Assembly (NCBI RefSeq): GCF_036321535.1
Contig: NC_087436.1
Coordinates: 76,076,001 to 76,140,000 of the forward strand
Direction of reading: 5' to 3'
DNA: 64,000 nt
Source: Camelus dromedarius
Lineage: Eukaryota
The notes below the pieces were generated by a model. It ran no database searches, had not been told where the DNA came from, and was given only the letters and a program-made list of their open reading frames with translations. Made by a program: the position numbers and the translations under genes. Shown here in pieces: positions 1-13,619 of the stretch (position 1 is the first letter of the stretch; each line of letters starts with the position of its first letter).

Positions 1-790
1 GTAAGAGTATTTCAGGTGACATGCTTGGGAGCCCGAGGACAAGGGAGAGCACGGCACACTGAAATGACCCAAGGACATTCAGAAGAGCACGATCGTAGAG
101 TGTGATATGGGAACATCGGGAATTGACTCTGGAGAGGTCAGCGGGAATCAGGTCAGCCAGGGCTTGTAGCTCACGTTAAAGGTCCTGGAAGCCATTGACG
201 GATTTGTGCAGGAGAGTAACCTGGTCAGGTGTTTGTTTTAGAGGGATTTCCAGTCATTGTGGGAAGTGCCTTGTGGGAAATCAGAGAGCAGAGTGGAGAA
301 ACATAAGTTCAGACACTGGGAAAAACCAGTGTGCAGGCTGTGGGATAGTCAAGGCGAGATGTGACAGTGCTTTGAATGGGCATAGTAGCTGCATAGATGG
401 AGAAGTGGATGGACTACAGGGATGTTTAGAGGGTAAGATCTGCAGGATTACGTTGTTCATTGGTGGAGGAGTTAAAGGTGAGGGCTAAAGAGGTATTAAG
501 GATGACTTCTTGGGTGGTACTTGGGCACCCAGGTGGAAGGTACGGCCATTGTCTGAGACAGAGAACATGGGAGGAGGATTGGGTTGCGAGGGGCCTCCGA
601 TGACTGTCAGTTTAGCCTGGGCCATGTTGAGCATGAGGTGCCTGTGGGAGAAGCAAGTGGTTCTGTCCAGTAAGCAGCTGGATGTATAAGTATAAAAGGT
701 AGAACTGGCTGGAGAAGGGAGTGTGCAGTCCAGAGCAGGCACATGGCAGCTGAAGCCACAGGAGTGGATAAGATGGACAGCTCGTGTATA
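1..790 (-). mobile_element. LINE-2 (L2) fragment, antisense
   Basis: Purine-rich L2 antisense motifs, e.g. 'ggaagccattgacggattt...gtgtttgttttagag', 'aaggatgacttc', 'gggccatgttgagcatgaggtgcctgtggga...tccagtaagcagctggatgtata'. Confidence 0.8.
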
Positions 791-1998
791 TGAAGGGACA
801 AGACAGTTTTTAGTGACTTCAGTAATGAAAAGCAATATTAGCTGTTTCAATAAAGCTTTAGCGTTTTCTGTGCTTTAGTATGAACAAAAGATTTCTGAAC
901 TCATTACTTAATGCAGCTGCAACCCATCAGTTTCCTTTATTGCCTCTGGATGGCTGAGGTCTTTTTTGACCATTCCCATTCTGGTAAGAAGGGCCCCTTT
1001 CAAATCTGAGACAAACTAAAAAGTGCTGTGACTAAATTTTATGTTTTATCATCATAAGACAATGATTAGTAAGTATTTATTGGTTCCACCATGGGTGCGG
1101 ATATAAGAGCACTTATCAGGAGGTAGGCTTCTTGCCCTTTGGCTATTAATCTTAAATAGGCACATCCGTCATGGAAACTCTCAGTGAAGATTTATCAGCA
1201 AGAAGATAGAAAATCATGCAATGCAGAGTCATATTTCTCCCCACCTACCCACTCCAATGTCGCAAAGGCTGGCCTTGCCCCAGAATTCAAATGTGCTTCT
1301 GCACAACGGACAGCAATACGTGTGTGGTGTGCTGGTCAAAGTTAAACAACTGGCTCTCTGGGAAAAGGAAAGAAAAAAGGTCTTGATTTTGTAGCATTAC
1401 TGATTTCTGTGCTGTCAACTTTCCTATGTTGGCCAGTGTCAAGCTTCCATCCTGTGCTCCCTGACCACAGAGCTGGGAGGAGATGTTGTAAAACCAGCCC
1501 TTGCCAGCTGGTGAAGGCCTGGAGCCCCACACCCTCTTCATATTTTTGCAGACATTTCAGTCAGCTTCAACCAGGCAGACAGTATTTTGCAAGAGGTATT
1601 ACATTTTGTTATAGTTTCCACAAAAAATAATATTTGATCTTATTTGCTACCAGGTATGTTGGGAGTGGTCCCTGGACAAGTGGCAGGTACTTCCAAGAGA
1701 GTGTATGTGAAATCAAGGAGGATGATAGTTGTGGAAGGAAGGAGGACCGAAAGAGGAGGGACTAAGTATGGAGATCAAGAGACAGGAGGACACTACAGTT
1801 TTTCCCTTGGCTTTGTTCGTAGTGCCTTGCATTGCACCGGTGGGTGGGTGCTGGGGTTGTCCCTCCTCTCAGCGGTGGGTTAACTGTGGCAGGGCTGTGG
1901 AGGCTGCAGAGCAGCAAGGGGCCAGGCTGTTCTGCTGCAGGAACACCTGCCCCACCCTCAGCACATGGTATGCAGCACTCAGAACTCAGGGCATTTGT

Positions 1999-2152
1999 AC
2001 CTCTTGGGTGATGGAAATGGTAGCTATCTTGATTGTGGTGGTGGTTTCATGGGTATATACGATTATCAAAATTCATCAAATTGTACATCTGAAATATGTG
2101 TAGTATACTGTACAGGAATCATATCACAATAAAAGTGTTAAAAAAAAAAGAA
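1999..2152 (+). mobile_element. 5'-truncated old L1 (L1MB/L1MC-like) 3' end with poly(A) and TSD
   Basis: 'ggtgatggaaatg..tatcttgattgtggtggtggtttcatgggtatatac..aaaattcatcaaattgtaca' then AATAAA and A-tail; flanked by agaactcagggcat[t/c]tgt at 1981-1998 and 2153-2170. Confidence 0.85.
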
Positions 2153-2221
2153 AGAACTCAGGGCATCTGTCCAAACTGCTACGTACTAGCAAGTGTTGAG
2201 GCTTCAACAATCAGTGTTTTT

Positions 2222-2281
2222 GTTGTTGTTTTTGTTTTATTATTATTATTTTTAAATTGAGGTATAAGTGACAAACAGCTG
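2222..2281 (-). mobile_element. Ultra-short L1 3' terminus
   Basis: T-rich tail then 'ttttaaattgaggtataagtgaca'; flanked by tca[g/a]tgttttt at 2211-2221 and 2282-2292. Confidence 0.5.
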
Positions 2282-3149
2282 TCAATGTTTTTTGAATCTG
2301 CAGGTTTTGACTTTCAAAATCTCAAGTTGTCTAGAATTCTCACTTAACCTTTTCCTTTCTGGACACGGAGGTTTGGAATCACGTGAAAAGCTACAAAGCA
2401 CCCCACGCCAATCCACACCATACCTCCCTTGACAGAAAACAAAGAAAAACCCATTTCAACTTAAAGCATCTTCAGGAAATAATTTTTAACTCTTATATTT
2501 AAGTTAAAAATACCCAAAAAAGTTTTGATTTGAAGTCTCCTGAATAAATATTGTGAGGAGCTGAATAGCTTTTTAAAATGAGCTTCAGTTTGAGATACTA
2601 TGTAGGACTTCACATCCATGTTCTTCAAGCAGTAATCCACATAAGGCTGTACTGAAACAATCTAGCTGCAAATTCTAAAAACAGTTTGTAAACAAATTCC
2701 AAAAGACCTTTTGTTTTTGGGTCAGTGCATTTTCAAATACACAAAAAGAAAAGAGAGAAAATAGTTATTTGCTTTGCTTAGTGAAAATTTTTTTTGTACC
2801 CGAATAGTCTTTGGATTATTGTTTTTTTTAAATGTTGTTCTCTTTTACAGCCGAAATTCCCCAATAAGAGTTCTTGCCTGTTCAAGGTTTATGTGTGGAG
2901 TCCTGAGTGTCTGTTTACATACATATGAATCTCTTGTGTTTGAATATAATACACAAATAGATGCCAAACAGAATATGCTCAGGGGTCATAGCTAAGAATT
3001 GATTAAACAACACACTGAAGAGGGATGTGTGATGTTTTCCTTCTTCTCGTCCCTCCGTCTCTCTCTCTCTCTTCCTACTGCTCTTTCTCCCCACACCTCA
3101 CCCTCACCACTGGTCCTGCCCTGCCCACTAAAGCCTCTGTACCTTCCTG

Positions 3150-3560
3150 CTTGTAATTTGTCGCTAATCAGCTGTCACTGTCATAGCCATGATGAGAGGT
3201 TCATCTCTGGCTGAGGGTAATGGCCTTAAAAGTCACAGAGTCAATGTCAATGGGATCGCTCCAATTCAATCACTGAGCTGAATGAGGGATGGCACCTGCT
3301 GACATTAGCACTCATTTTGAGCTCAAGCATCTGGGCCCCAGTAAATAACCATCAGTGGGTGGGTCTGGGGGACAGGTCATTAGCCCCACGAAAAATAAAT
3401 ATCGCTTCCCTTGATGGCTGCAAGTAATTTAGCTCAGACGAGGAAATTTCACCCTAGATTAAGTATGATGAGCCAATATCAGTCAGAGGAGGCCAAACAG
3501 TGAGAGCTTGATGAGATAGAGGGAAATTTATATTCAGCTGGCTGCATGTGAGATGAGCTC
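3150..3560. promoter_or_regulatory. Candidate conserved non-coding element / enhancer
   Basis: Repeat-free; clustered TAAT, TGACA/TGTCA, CAGCTG and CACCTG motifs; function inferred only. Confidence 0.4.
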
Positions 3561-4569
3561 AAAGAAACGACTTACCCTTCCGGCCCGTCTTCCTGTGCAC
3601 ACTCGGTGGTGGGTTTAGCTCGTTGCTTGCCTTTTCTTGTTTAATTTTTGGGGGAGGGTGTTTGAGGTAGAGATCAGAGGATAGACTAAGGTAAAGAAGG
3701 GGGACAGGATTCAAATTTTCCCCCCTTTGCATCTGTGATTTTGTCCTCTAGCGTGTAATGTCACAGTGTAGACCTTTTGCCAGCACTTGGCTGGTGGAAG
3801 GGCTTCGCCATGCCTGCCGGCTCTCACATGCAGACCTCCCCTCCTGAGACAGCAGACTCAGCTTTAATTGTTTTGGAGGCCCCGGAGGCTCCTTTCCAAC
3901 ACGAGTAAATAAGCCGGAGAGGGAGGTAAAGTAGGACTAGGTCCCTCCTCTTTGATTCTTGAGAAGGAAGAGCTTCCACACTCGATTCACAAGAACAGCT
4001 TTTTATTTGTCCTACTGACATGATCCATCAAATCTAGAAAGGTTATTAATAGAAGGTCCTGATGAGAAGCAGTTTAGCTCACTTTAGAATCCTATTTTAG
4101 ATCTGTAGGGATCTGTGTCCCACCCTCTACCTCACCGAACTGGAGGTACCTGGAAGCTGGGTGGATCAGCTGGAAACTGGAGACAGTATTATTTCTTTTG
4201 CTGCCCTCGTTGATAAAAAACCTTGGAAGGGTTTCAGTAGGCATAGACATTAAACCCTAAACCATTTTCTAAGTCATGTGCATACCTGATAATTAGCCAG
4301 ACATTCTATAGCATTTTTTAAAAGCGAGATTTTGTTACCTGACTTGTGTGTATTTGAATTTTGTCCTTAGAGTTTGGGAAGCAACTTCATTACAGAGAAA
4401 TGGGTCATAGCAGCAGCAGCCATGAAGGAAGACAGTAAAGCATGGGTGCAGGGAGAGTAAAAGCGGAATCTGGGACAAAGGCATGCGGTGCAGATGAGCT
4501 CTCACGTGGAGGGGTGGGATCAGTCAAGACTTCTGCAAAAGCTCTCACTCTTGTAAGAGCTCAATAAGT

Positions 4570-5064
4570 GTTTCTTTTTTTATTGAAATATAGTCAGTTT
4601 ATAATGTGTCAATTCCTGGTGTACAGCATAATGTTTCAGCCATACATATGCATACATATGTACGCATTTCATATCCTTTTCATATCCATTTTCATATCCT
4701 TTTTCATTATACATTACTACAAGATATTGAATACAGTTCCCTGTGCTACACAGAAGAAACTTGTTTATCTATTTTATATATAGTAGTTAGTATCTGCAAA
4801 TCTCAAACTCTCAATTTATCTCTTCCCATCCTCTTTCCCCCAGTAACCATAAGTTCATTTACTATGTCTGTGAATCTGTTTCTGTTTGGTAGATAAATTC
4901 ATTAGTGTCTTTTTTGTTTGTTTAGATTCCACATATGAGTATATCATATGGTATTTTTCTTTCTGGCTTACTTCACTTAGAATGATGATCTCCAGGTCCA
5001 TCCATGTTGCTGCAAATAGCATTATTTTATTTTTTATGGCTGAGTACTACTCCATTGTATAAAT
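4570..5064 (-). mobile_element. Lineage-specific (cetartiodactyl/camelid-type) L1 3' end
   Basis: 'ttttttattgaaatatagtcagtttataatgtgtcaattcctggtgtacagcat...cagttccctgtgctac...ctccaggtccatccatgttgctgcaaat' (3'UTR plus ORF2 C-terminus). Confidence 0.9.
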
Positions 5065-5254
5065 TTTCTTGATGGAATTCACAGAGACCTGCTGTGATAA
5101 CTAAATGCATCTCATCTATGAACCATGGTGCCTTGTTTATTCAGAACAATGATTACAATTATAAAGAAAGATATTTGGCTATTTATTCTTGACTGACGTG
5201 AGTGCTCAATGAGTATGTGATGAATGAAAGTTAAACAACTATTTGCTTCAAGTC

Positions 5255-5366
5255 TCCCCTAATAGATTGTAAACTCCATAAAGCAAAGCCTGTCTGTGTC
5301 TTTGGCTGCTATATTCCTGTACTGCCATGCAATAGGCACTCAGTAAATATTTGACAGATGAATAAA
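5255..5366 (+). mobile_element. L2 3' end
   Basis: 'tagattgtaaactcc...ataggcactcagtaaatatttgacagatgaataaa'. Confidence 0.7.
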
Positions 5367-7009
5367 ACTTTTGTTGAGTACTTCTTATATGGGTCAGGCA
5401 TTGCGTGAGGGACTAAAATGTATGGTATATACAAGATGGAGTTTATTATTTAATTGAAGAAAAAAGATATCCATATATAAGAAGTTAAAAAAAGAAGAAA
5501 GAAGTGCATGCCATACACACATGTCCATTTTCTAGACTATAATCTGATGTTGCTTCTATATTTACCAAAATGTGAAATGAACTAAAGAAGGGAGTGCCAT
5601 TGTACAACTGAGATTCTTGAAGAATTCCTATAGGAAAGAAAATGTATGCCTTGATCTATGGGAATTCGAGTACAGTGATTTTATGTTTGGGTCTCACTAG
5701 GTAAATGCCCCCAGAATATGTTCTTGTTGAACATGCAAGACTATTAAAGCTCTTCTGCCCCTTTAGCTGGTAGCATTTTTTTCAAAGTGAGTTGAGATTC
5801 ACAACTTTGTGATAGATGTAGGGAAGGTATTTTGTCAATTGTACAGATGAGAGAAGTAGAGGAGTTGAAGATTTGCTCGATACTGCAGACAAAGCTGAAA
5901 ATAGATCGCAAGTCTTTATCATTAAATAAGTAATGGGATAAGGAGGGCAACAAAAGTGTCAAAGTCTTTAATTTATTCACACAGTACTTATTACCATTGT
6001 CCTCACTAAAAGACCCTTGTGGACAGAAACAAAATCAAATTAATAAATAATTATGTTATTATGGATACGTTTATATCAAGAAAAAATTACTAATTGTCCA
6101 ATATTTTCTGGAACCACAGTGGATGAAGTTTTCTGAGTCATGTTATTTTAACATACTAGCTATGCTTCTGACAGGCTAAGTAAAGAGGTAATTAAAACAA
6201 TTACTGCTATACTCCCTATTTCAATGATCTGAAACCAAAGAAAAATTTTTCTCCACAGAATCTTTGGTATAAGAAAATTATATTACTTATAGTTTTAGTT
6301 TTGAAGAAAATTAGATGACTCAGATTCTATACTCATTTTCATTGTTTTGAAAAAAAATAATTTTTAGAGTTGGTATTTTTAACATGTGAAATTCAATATA
6401 TCTATAAATTAAAACAATACTAATTTTAGGAATTAAATTATTTTCTTGCTATTGGACAGAGTATTCCCATGATGAAAATTCTGATTGATAATATTTATCT
6501 TAAAAATATTTGTCTTATCTTAATATTTTAGAAGATGAATATGTGTAGATGCATATGTTTTATTTATCAAAGTGGAAACTGTTTCAGAATCAAATGCTGA
6601 TGTTTGTGTGAATAATAGCGTTGTCTGTTTCCTCTGATTATTCTCTCTCATTCTAAGAAATTATAGTCTAAGTTTTGCTGTCTTTCTATATAGTACGCCC
6701 TGAAGTGAAATCTCTAGAGGCCCAGGGGTTTGATTTCTTGAAAATTTATGTTTAGCTTTTAATACTTTGCATAATCACAACATAATTTAGCCTTACTTGG
6801 TAGCTGAAAAGTGATTTTTCTCATTTGGTTTTCTTATTTTGAAGTTTTGTTTCTAAAAAGTGAAAGGTAGTAGAACCGAAGGTTTAAAGCTGCTGACAGA
6901 TATACATGCGAAATTTGGGACTCAGATTTGGGCACTTTGGTACATAGACCAGTGTTTTAGCTAAAACTGATCAGAGTTATTTATATGAATGAATTAAAAC
7001 CAAGTGCTG

Positions 7010-7060
7010 AGTGTGTATGTGTGTGTGTGTGTGTCTATGTGTGTGTGTGTATGTGTGTAT
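7010..7060. repeat. Imperfect (TG)n microsatellite
   Basis: Directly visible TG repeat with interruptions. Confidence 0.95.
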
Positions 7061-7399
7061 GGTAGACGGAGGAAAGAGGAATGGGAAATTAATTGGTTCT
7101 TCCTTCAAATTCTGCACATTTCCATCAGCCTTCCTCATTGTCACCATATTCTTCTGCCCATTTTCTCCTGGGAGAGAAAGATTTGGGGATGGGTGGGAAA
7201 ACACAAGGAAGAGGAGAAAAGAAAAAAAGTGGATGACGTGAAAGAAGAAAAATCAGAATTAAGTATATGTTTACATATGTAACACATGTAAATATACAAT
7301 ACATTTTAAAAACAACAACAAACCAACCTGGTACAAAGGATCCTATAGGGAATAGGATTTCTCTGTCCTAGAGGCCAAGGAGCTAAATGCTAAGAACTT

Positions 7400-7577
7400 A
7401 ACATAATTATTCTATGTACTATTCACAATGATAATTTATTATTCCCACATTATAAATTAGACAAGTGAGGCTCAAGGAAGTTAAATAAATTGTTCAAGAT
7501 CACACAATATTAAAAGGCCATGTCATACTAGGAACCCAGGTCTCTCTGATTCCCAAGCCCTGCTTTTAGCCACTGTA
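7400..7577 (-). mobile_element. MIR SINE
   Basis: 'attattcccacatt..gtgaggctcaaggaagttaaataa..caagatcacaca..gaacccaggtctctctgattcc'. Confidence 0.8.
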
Positions 7578-10500
7578 TTTAAGAAATGCTTGTTCGATTG
7601 ACTTGAATGTATAGAGGTGCAGATTTTGCTTTACGATATTTGGTGTATGTGGCCACCTATAATGTAGAGAATGGCTGAATATGTGTGTCAGAATGACTGC
7701 GAATACTTAGACTTCATTTTAGGTCTCATCATCGGAAAGAGAGGTGATTTTTGTTTGTTTTTGCAGGAAAAGTAGAAGAATATATTATGTTTTGAGAGTC
7801 TGGCAGAGAAGTTGGTGCAAATGGTGACTGTCGTGATCTCAAACGATATGAAACAACACCATCATGGCGGAGGTGAAGGCTTTCCCCCTTAGTCTTAGGT
7901 AGTAAGGGACTCCTGTTTTCCTTCTCTTTGAGGAAATGCACACCCTGTTTCTAAAGTTAAAAATTGAAGATGAGAATGCAGTAGCACTGAGTTCTGTAGA
8001 GCTTACAAAACTGTGGCCACCAGAGATTATTTAGGATTTCTGGATTCTCCATGCTCCCTGTGCTTCTCCTTTTCACTCCTACTCTGGCATTTAGGATATG
8101 ATGCTTTTGTTTCTGATTAGTCACCATGGAAGAAGGAGTAACACTCACTTTGCTAGTCATTAACAGGAATTAATAGGAGACAATAAATGTCACATTCCAT
8201 GGTTACAGTGAACTTTAGGGATAAATTGTGTATTAAAAAATTCCATCTTTCTTCTCTTCCCCCTTAGCATAGAGACCTGAGAATTCTTTACTTTGTAAGT
8301 TTGAAAATAAACACTAGATGTTTGTCAGTCAACATTTGTAAGCGCACACATACACCCACCCACACCCACCCAATCACAGCAGCCCTTTGTCCTTCAGATT
8401 CACTTTACAGGACAGAGCTCATTAAATTTTCAGAGCTTGTATATCTTTCCTTAATCAGGTAGACAGGATTGCTATGATGTGGTGATGATATGGTGGACAG
8501 GATCAGGGTCAGAGCCAAGTAAACCTGCAGATAATTGGACTAAATTGGGAATTTTAGTACTATAGGTTTTAGTAGTAAATTTGTTTCCTAAAAAGTTATA
8601 TTTAAAAAGTTTTTCAACTTAAACCCCTTACTAAATCCATTGGGGGTGGTTTCCTATTAAAAATTGCCCCCCCCCAACCAGTATCTAAATATCAAAATTT
8701 TAAAGGGTATAATCTCTAAATCCATTTGTTTTAGAAGTACCATTTCCATTTAATTTGAGTTTCTTTCAGTGGAACATTATTTAAATATGATGATGCTGCT
8801 GGTGAGGAAGATGATGGTGGTAGTGGTGGTGAAGAAGATTAATAGTATTAAAATAAGGTTCATCAACAGGAGAGTTTTATTAATGATCACTGTAGCAATT
8901 TTGTTATAATAAGTTTTTGAAACGAAATTTTGGGGGTGTAGAATCTAAAAGACTTTATCAAAAGGAAAATACTAAAATTGTTAAATTTTTATATTTTTTA
9001 CATTCTTCTTTTTATTTGGAAGTCTTATTTCCATTGTCCCTCCTGTTCTGTAATAGTTGACATTTGTTATGACTTGATATCTGTCTGCAATGTTTGTGCA
9101 TGAGAAAAGAATGAACAATTGAGAAAGTCATCTCGATTAAGAGGTTGATGATGAATTGATTGCCATTACACAGGTATTGTGTGCATTCTACCAGTTGACA
9201 TTTTGAACTTCTCCCCTGATGCAGGTTTCCTTCTCTCATCTAAGAAACAGATCAAAAGCAGGCATTCCCAATTAAGCCTGGTGAGGTCCTATAGCTCCTA
9301 ATTACAGGCTAACTTACTGTGTCTAACTGTAACAGACATTTTGCTAGCAAATTGCTTTGAACACCCAAGTATGCCCAATAAAGCAAATAGGAAAATATTA
9401 GAATTGCTAGTGAAAGTGTTCAGTGTGTTGAATTTTACTGCTGGATAGTTTATAGTAATATCGTAGTCACCAACTTTTCTCTTGCTTTTCTTTTTAAAGG
9501 ATGTTGTAATTAACAGCAAGACTATGAATTAAAAGTCATAGGAAGGAAAAGAACAATGACTCTTGTCAATTAAAGGACTTGGAAGAATTTGCAGGAATAC
9601 TGTAGGAGGGAATTCAAGTTTGAGGTGATTAAAATGTTGTGGGAGGAGATTGATAACATAAAAAAAAGCTCACAAATTGAACAAAATTGTATAATGAGAG
9701 ATGGTTGCAAAGAATGGATTGGAGATTGTGTAAATAAGAAAAAAAAGTCTTATTTTACTTTTTGAGACTCTTCTTTCCGTTGTAGGTTTTTTTTTTTTCC
9801 GTTTAAATTTAATGTTGATGATGAGCCAAACGATTCAGATTTATATCATTGTAATACTGATATAATGGCAAAATGTGATGTGTGGAATGCAGAGCATATA
9901 AATGAACTGCATTCTCGTTTTATTTTTAGACAATTTACAGAGACATGGGTGAAGCAGTTGATAAACTAGAGAATGGCTGTTGTTTAGTCATCTATTGTGC
10001 AATGGATCTTTTCTCTGTTAAATGTTTTCATTAACAACTTTTTTCCTGAGTTCTCTTTACACTTCTTAAGATTAGGGATACCAGATTATTATCCACTGCA
10101 GACATCCTTGGCAAGTTAATATTCATTGGATTCTAACTCTAGAGATGGGGTTAAATTCTTTCTTTTGTGTTTTTGGTTCAAAACTTGTCCAACAGACTCT
10201 TGGGAGTCAACCTGAGAGGAGTTCATCAGTAGATTCACTCTTAAACGTATGACATCTTTGTTGTGCATAACTTTTTGAACCTGCATCCTTTGGCTCAAAT
10301 TATTTAAAGTTAACCCAGCATTCACTGAGCACTTGTTCCTTCTCTTTCTGTTCTTTAATTTACAAGGCAGTGTATATAGTCCTTCATGGTTTACCAGGAA
10401 TATGGTGTCTGTATAGCTCTTTACAGTTTCCAAGGAATTTTTTTGTCCATATTATCTCACATTGTCACTGGTTTTATGTATACATGGATGAATAACAAGA

Positions 10501-10749
10501 TTCCTGAAGATGCTTCCAATCAAATTGAAAAGGCAAACCTAAACATAATTGACTTATTACTCCATTATGGAACTTCAAAGTAACCCTAAGTAGAGATTTG
10601 AAAAAAAGATATAGTAAAGTATAAAAACATATCAAAGTCCACACTTGTTTAAGTAGAAATATGTGGACTCACTTTTAGATATTTGGAAATTTTAATCTAA
10701 AGTGCTTTTTATTTTAGAATTTCTAGATAAGATACTTTGTATTAATAAT

Positions 10750-11080
10750 GGAGATAATAATACCTAACACTTATAAAACATGTAATACTTTCTGAGGAGC
10801 TTTTAAATCTTGGATTTCATTTTATCCTCATTAATTTGATAATCTACTGTGGTTCTTTTCTGTCCATTGATTTCATTACAATTGCTACACAGCAAAAAGA
10901 GAAATGGAATCACACTATATTAGATCTTAAAGGAAATATAAAGATAATCTAATCTAATGCCTTTATTTTAAAAATGAAACTCAGTCCAAGGTTAAGTGAC
11001 ACATTTTAGGTCACATTGCTAGTTAGAGCCAAATCTCCTGACATTAAATCAATCACATTTTCTACCAAATCATACTGCTT
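10750..11080 (-). mobile_element. Degraded MIR fragments
   Basis: 'ataataatacctaacactta..atttcattttatcctca' and 'ttattttaaaaatgaaactcagtccaaggttaagtgac..ggtcaca'. Confidence 0.6.
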
Positions 11081-13619
11081 ATGTCCAGCATGGGTTTTTC
11101 AAGCCTTGTGTCTATGTAAGAACATAGATGTAGATACTGAAATATTTCTGATCCATGGTTACCCATATGGTATTCTCATCTGTCAAGAACACGAACAAAG
11201 TTTATTGTAGAGTCTCATTGTAATCTTCAAAAGGTAAATATAGGCCGAGCTCTTTCTCAGGGGTAAGGTGGGGGCACCTGGGCTCAGATCTCACATGAAA
11301 GTCCCCAATTTCAACTCTTCTAGATCAGTTGTGTATAGTCTCAGAGATGTGCTGACAGGCTTTGAAGGCTGTTCACCTTAAACCATAGCCTTTTGTCTCA
11401 TGACCAGACCTTAATACCTATACTGCCCTATGTATTTTTAAATCCTGTAATTATCTTTTGACTAACAGTCATATTACACTATATGCTTTTTGCTAAATGT
11501 GGCAGTCAAGTATGAGCATTTTATATGTATGCTAAAATTCTATCTTTTGACTTTTCTTTTTTTAATCTCTAAAAGCTCTTAGATCCTCAGTAAGATATGG
11601 CACAGACTGTTTTAAACTTTCAGAATCCATTTATTTTGCATTTAACTTCTCTTATATCCTGATATAGGATTATATGTAAGTTGATCTGAACTGTTTTTTT
11701 TGTGTTAAGAGTGAGTTCTCAATATGTTCTGCCTAAACATATCGTCAGTAAAACAGGTTATAGTGTTACTAGCTATGTTGAGAAGTGTCTTACTTAATTT
11801 TAAAGTTTCTTCCTTTGGTGAGATTCAGTCCAATTTTTCAGGGTATGGAACTGAATCAGTGGTCACCTACTTGGAGCCTTTGTGATTTTATAGATTTAAG
11901 TGATATGTTCTCTATGCTTTAGTTACAGAATGGAATATGCCAGTGCCCTTGGCCCTTTAAGTGTCCATCCCTGAAGCTTTAAAAATATTATTAGGTTTAC
12001 TTTAATGTTTTTTGATCTACAGCCACAAACGTGTCCCAGAAATGAGCACACTATGGCTGCAAAGAAGAGTGGTTTTTGTTAATTATCTTTTTCCATTGTG
12101 TGAAAGTAAATCAACCTTGTTTTGGAGATAATCAAAAACAATTTTAGAAGTTTAAAAAGAGAAAAATTCTTCTCAGAAGTCAAGTGTTTGAGTTGCAAAG
12201 TTGACATAATCATAAAAATAAGACACAGATGTTACAAAAATATGCAAGGTAAAACATAAAAGTTGTCTTCCATTCCCCAATATGACTTTTCATCATCAGT
12301 AACTTGGTGGGTCTCTTCCCACATTTTTTTCTACTTCATATAAAGATTTCATATAAAGACTTGATAAGTCTTAGCATTGTCATACTTATTTGAAAGTGGT
12401 CTTGCATAATGCAAGATTTCATTGCTTTTTCTTCCTGATTTGTATTCTGTAATTTCTTCCTTCTAAACAGCCTTTGAAATCGCTGACTACGATACCAATG
12501 ATGGAAGCAGCAGTAATATAGTAGAAATAGCCCCAAATCATCCCCCCCAAATCCCAGATTCTGGCAATTAGTAGCCTCTCTAGTGGCATGACTTTGAGCA
12601 AATTATTTAAATTCCTTTTGTTCATTTCTGAATTTTTTTTTGTAATTCTATTATTCTTTTACCAAATAAATAGCATTTCTATGTGGATTTTCTTTTAGAA
12701 AGAAATTAAAGTACTTAATAAATAACTAAGGATGCAAAATTCAGGGAATTTTTACCTAAAAGAATCACATGGCAAAAAATAAATGAATAATTTCTAATGG
12801 GAAGAAGAGTTCAGTATTGACTATATTTTGGTATAAAGTAGACAGCTTTATATTATGATCCAGTGTAATACCCAGAATCATTAAACCATGATCTTAGCTT
12901 TTGATATACTTTAGCTTTCAAAAGAAAAGGAAAAAAAAGTTGCAGGAGATAAACTAGGCAAAATGGGAGAAATTTCATTATGACGGAATTCATTTTGCTT
13001 ATGTTCTTGTCTGTATTGTGCCTCTCTTTGCAAAGCCATTACATAAACTCTAAAGGACTTAGATTATAAATTCGACTTATATTTAGAATTCATCCATGAT
13101 ATGAATATAAAGTCTCAGTGTATTTTATATTGCTGGTGTTAGAAAATGAAATCAAGAAGCAGAAAATGTCTGCAAATCTGAGGTTGAGTGATATGTCCAA
13201 AGACTTCTAGGTAATGAAAAAGACAGATATGCTTTATCTAGTAAGCAGACATTCCCATCAGTACTTTACTGAAATGTGAAGATGGAAACTATATTATTTA
13301 CTCTAAAATTTCTTCAGAGACAGTGTTACAATCTTCTTTAGAGGCAAGTATCAATCTTGATGTCTTTCAGGTTGAAATAGAACATTTCCAATGTATTTTT
13401 TGGATATTAAAACTGGGCTGATAGAAACGTGAATGATTCCATGATGTGTGGCAAGGCAGTCTATCTTTATGGGTAGAAGAATAGCCTTGGAGAGTTGGGT
13501 TTTATTCTCCCTTCTGTCATGCTCCAGTTGTACAACTGTGATAGTTGATACACTGTCCTTGGGTTTTCCTTAACCAGTTTAAAGCAAAAAAACCCATGTA
13601 GGCACATAGATACCTGCTG

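Noticed and set aside
1..10. Window starts with gtaaga, a 5' splice site-like sequence
   Set aside because: It lies within L2-derived sequence and no upstream context is visible.
195..850. 97-121 aa ORFs
   Set aside because: Entirely within a degraded L2; no recognisable host protein.
7767..7900. Acceptor tttttgcag| with downstream GT sites
   Set aside because: Stop codons in all three frames and weak donors.
12470..12625. Acceptor ttctaaacag| followed by an open frame (AFEIADYDTNDGSS...)
   Set aside because: Runs into MIR-derived sequence after ~35 nt and has no good donor.
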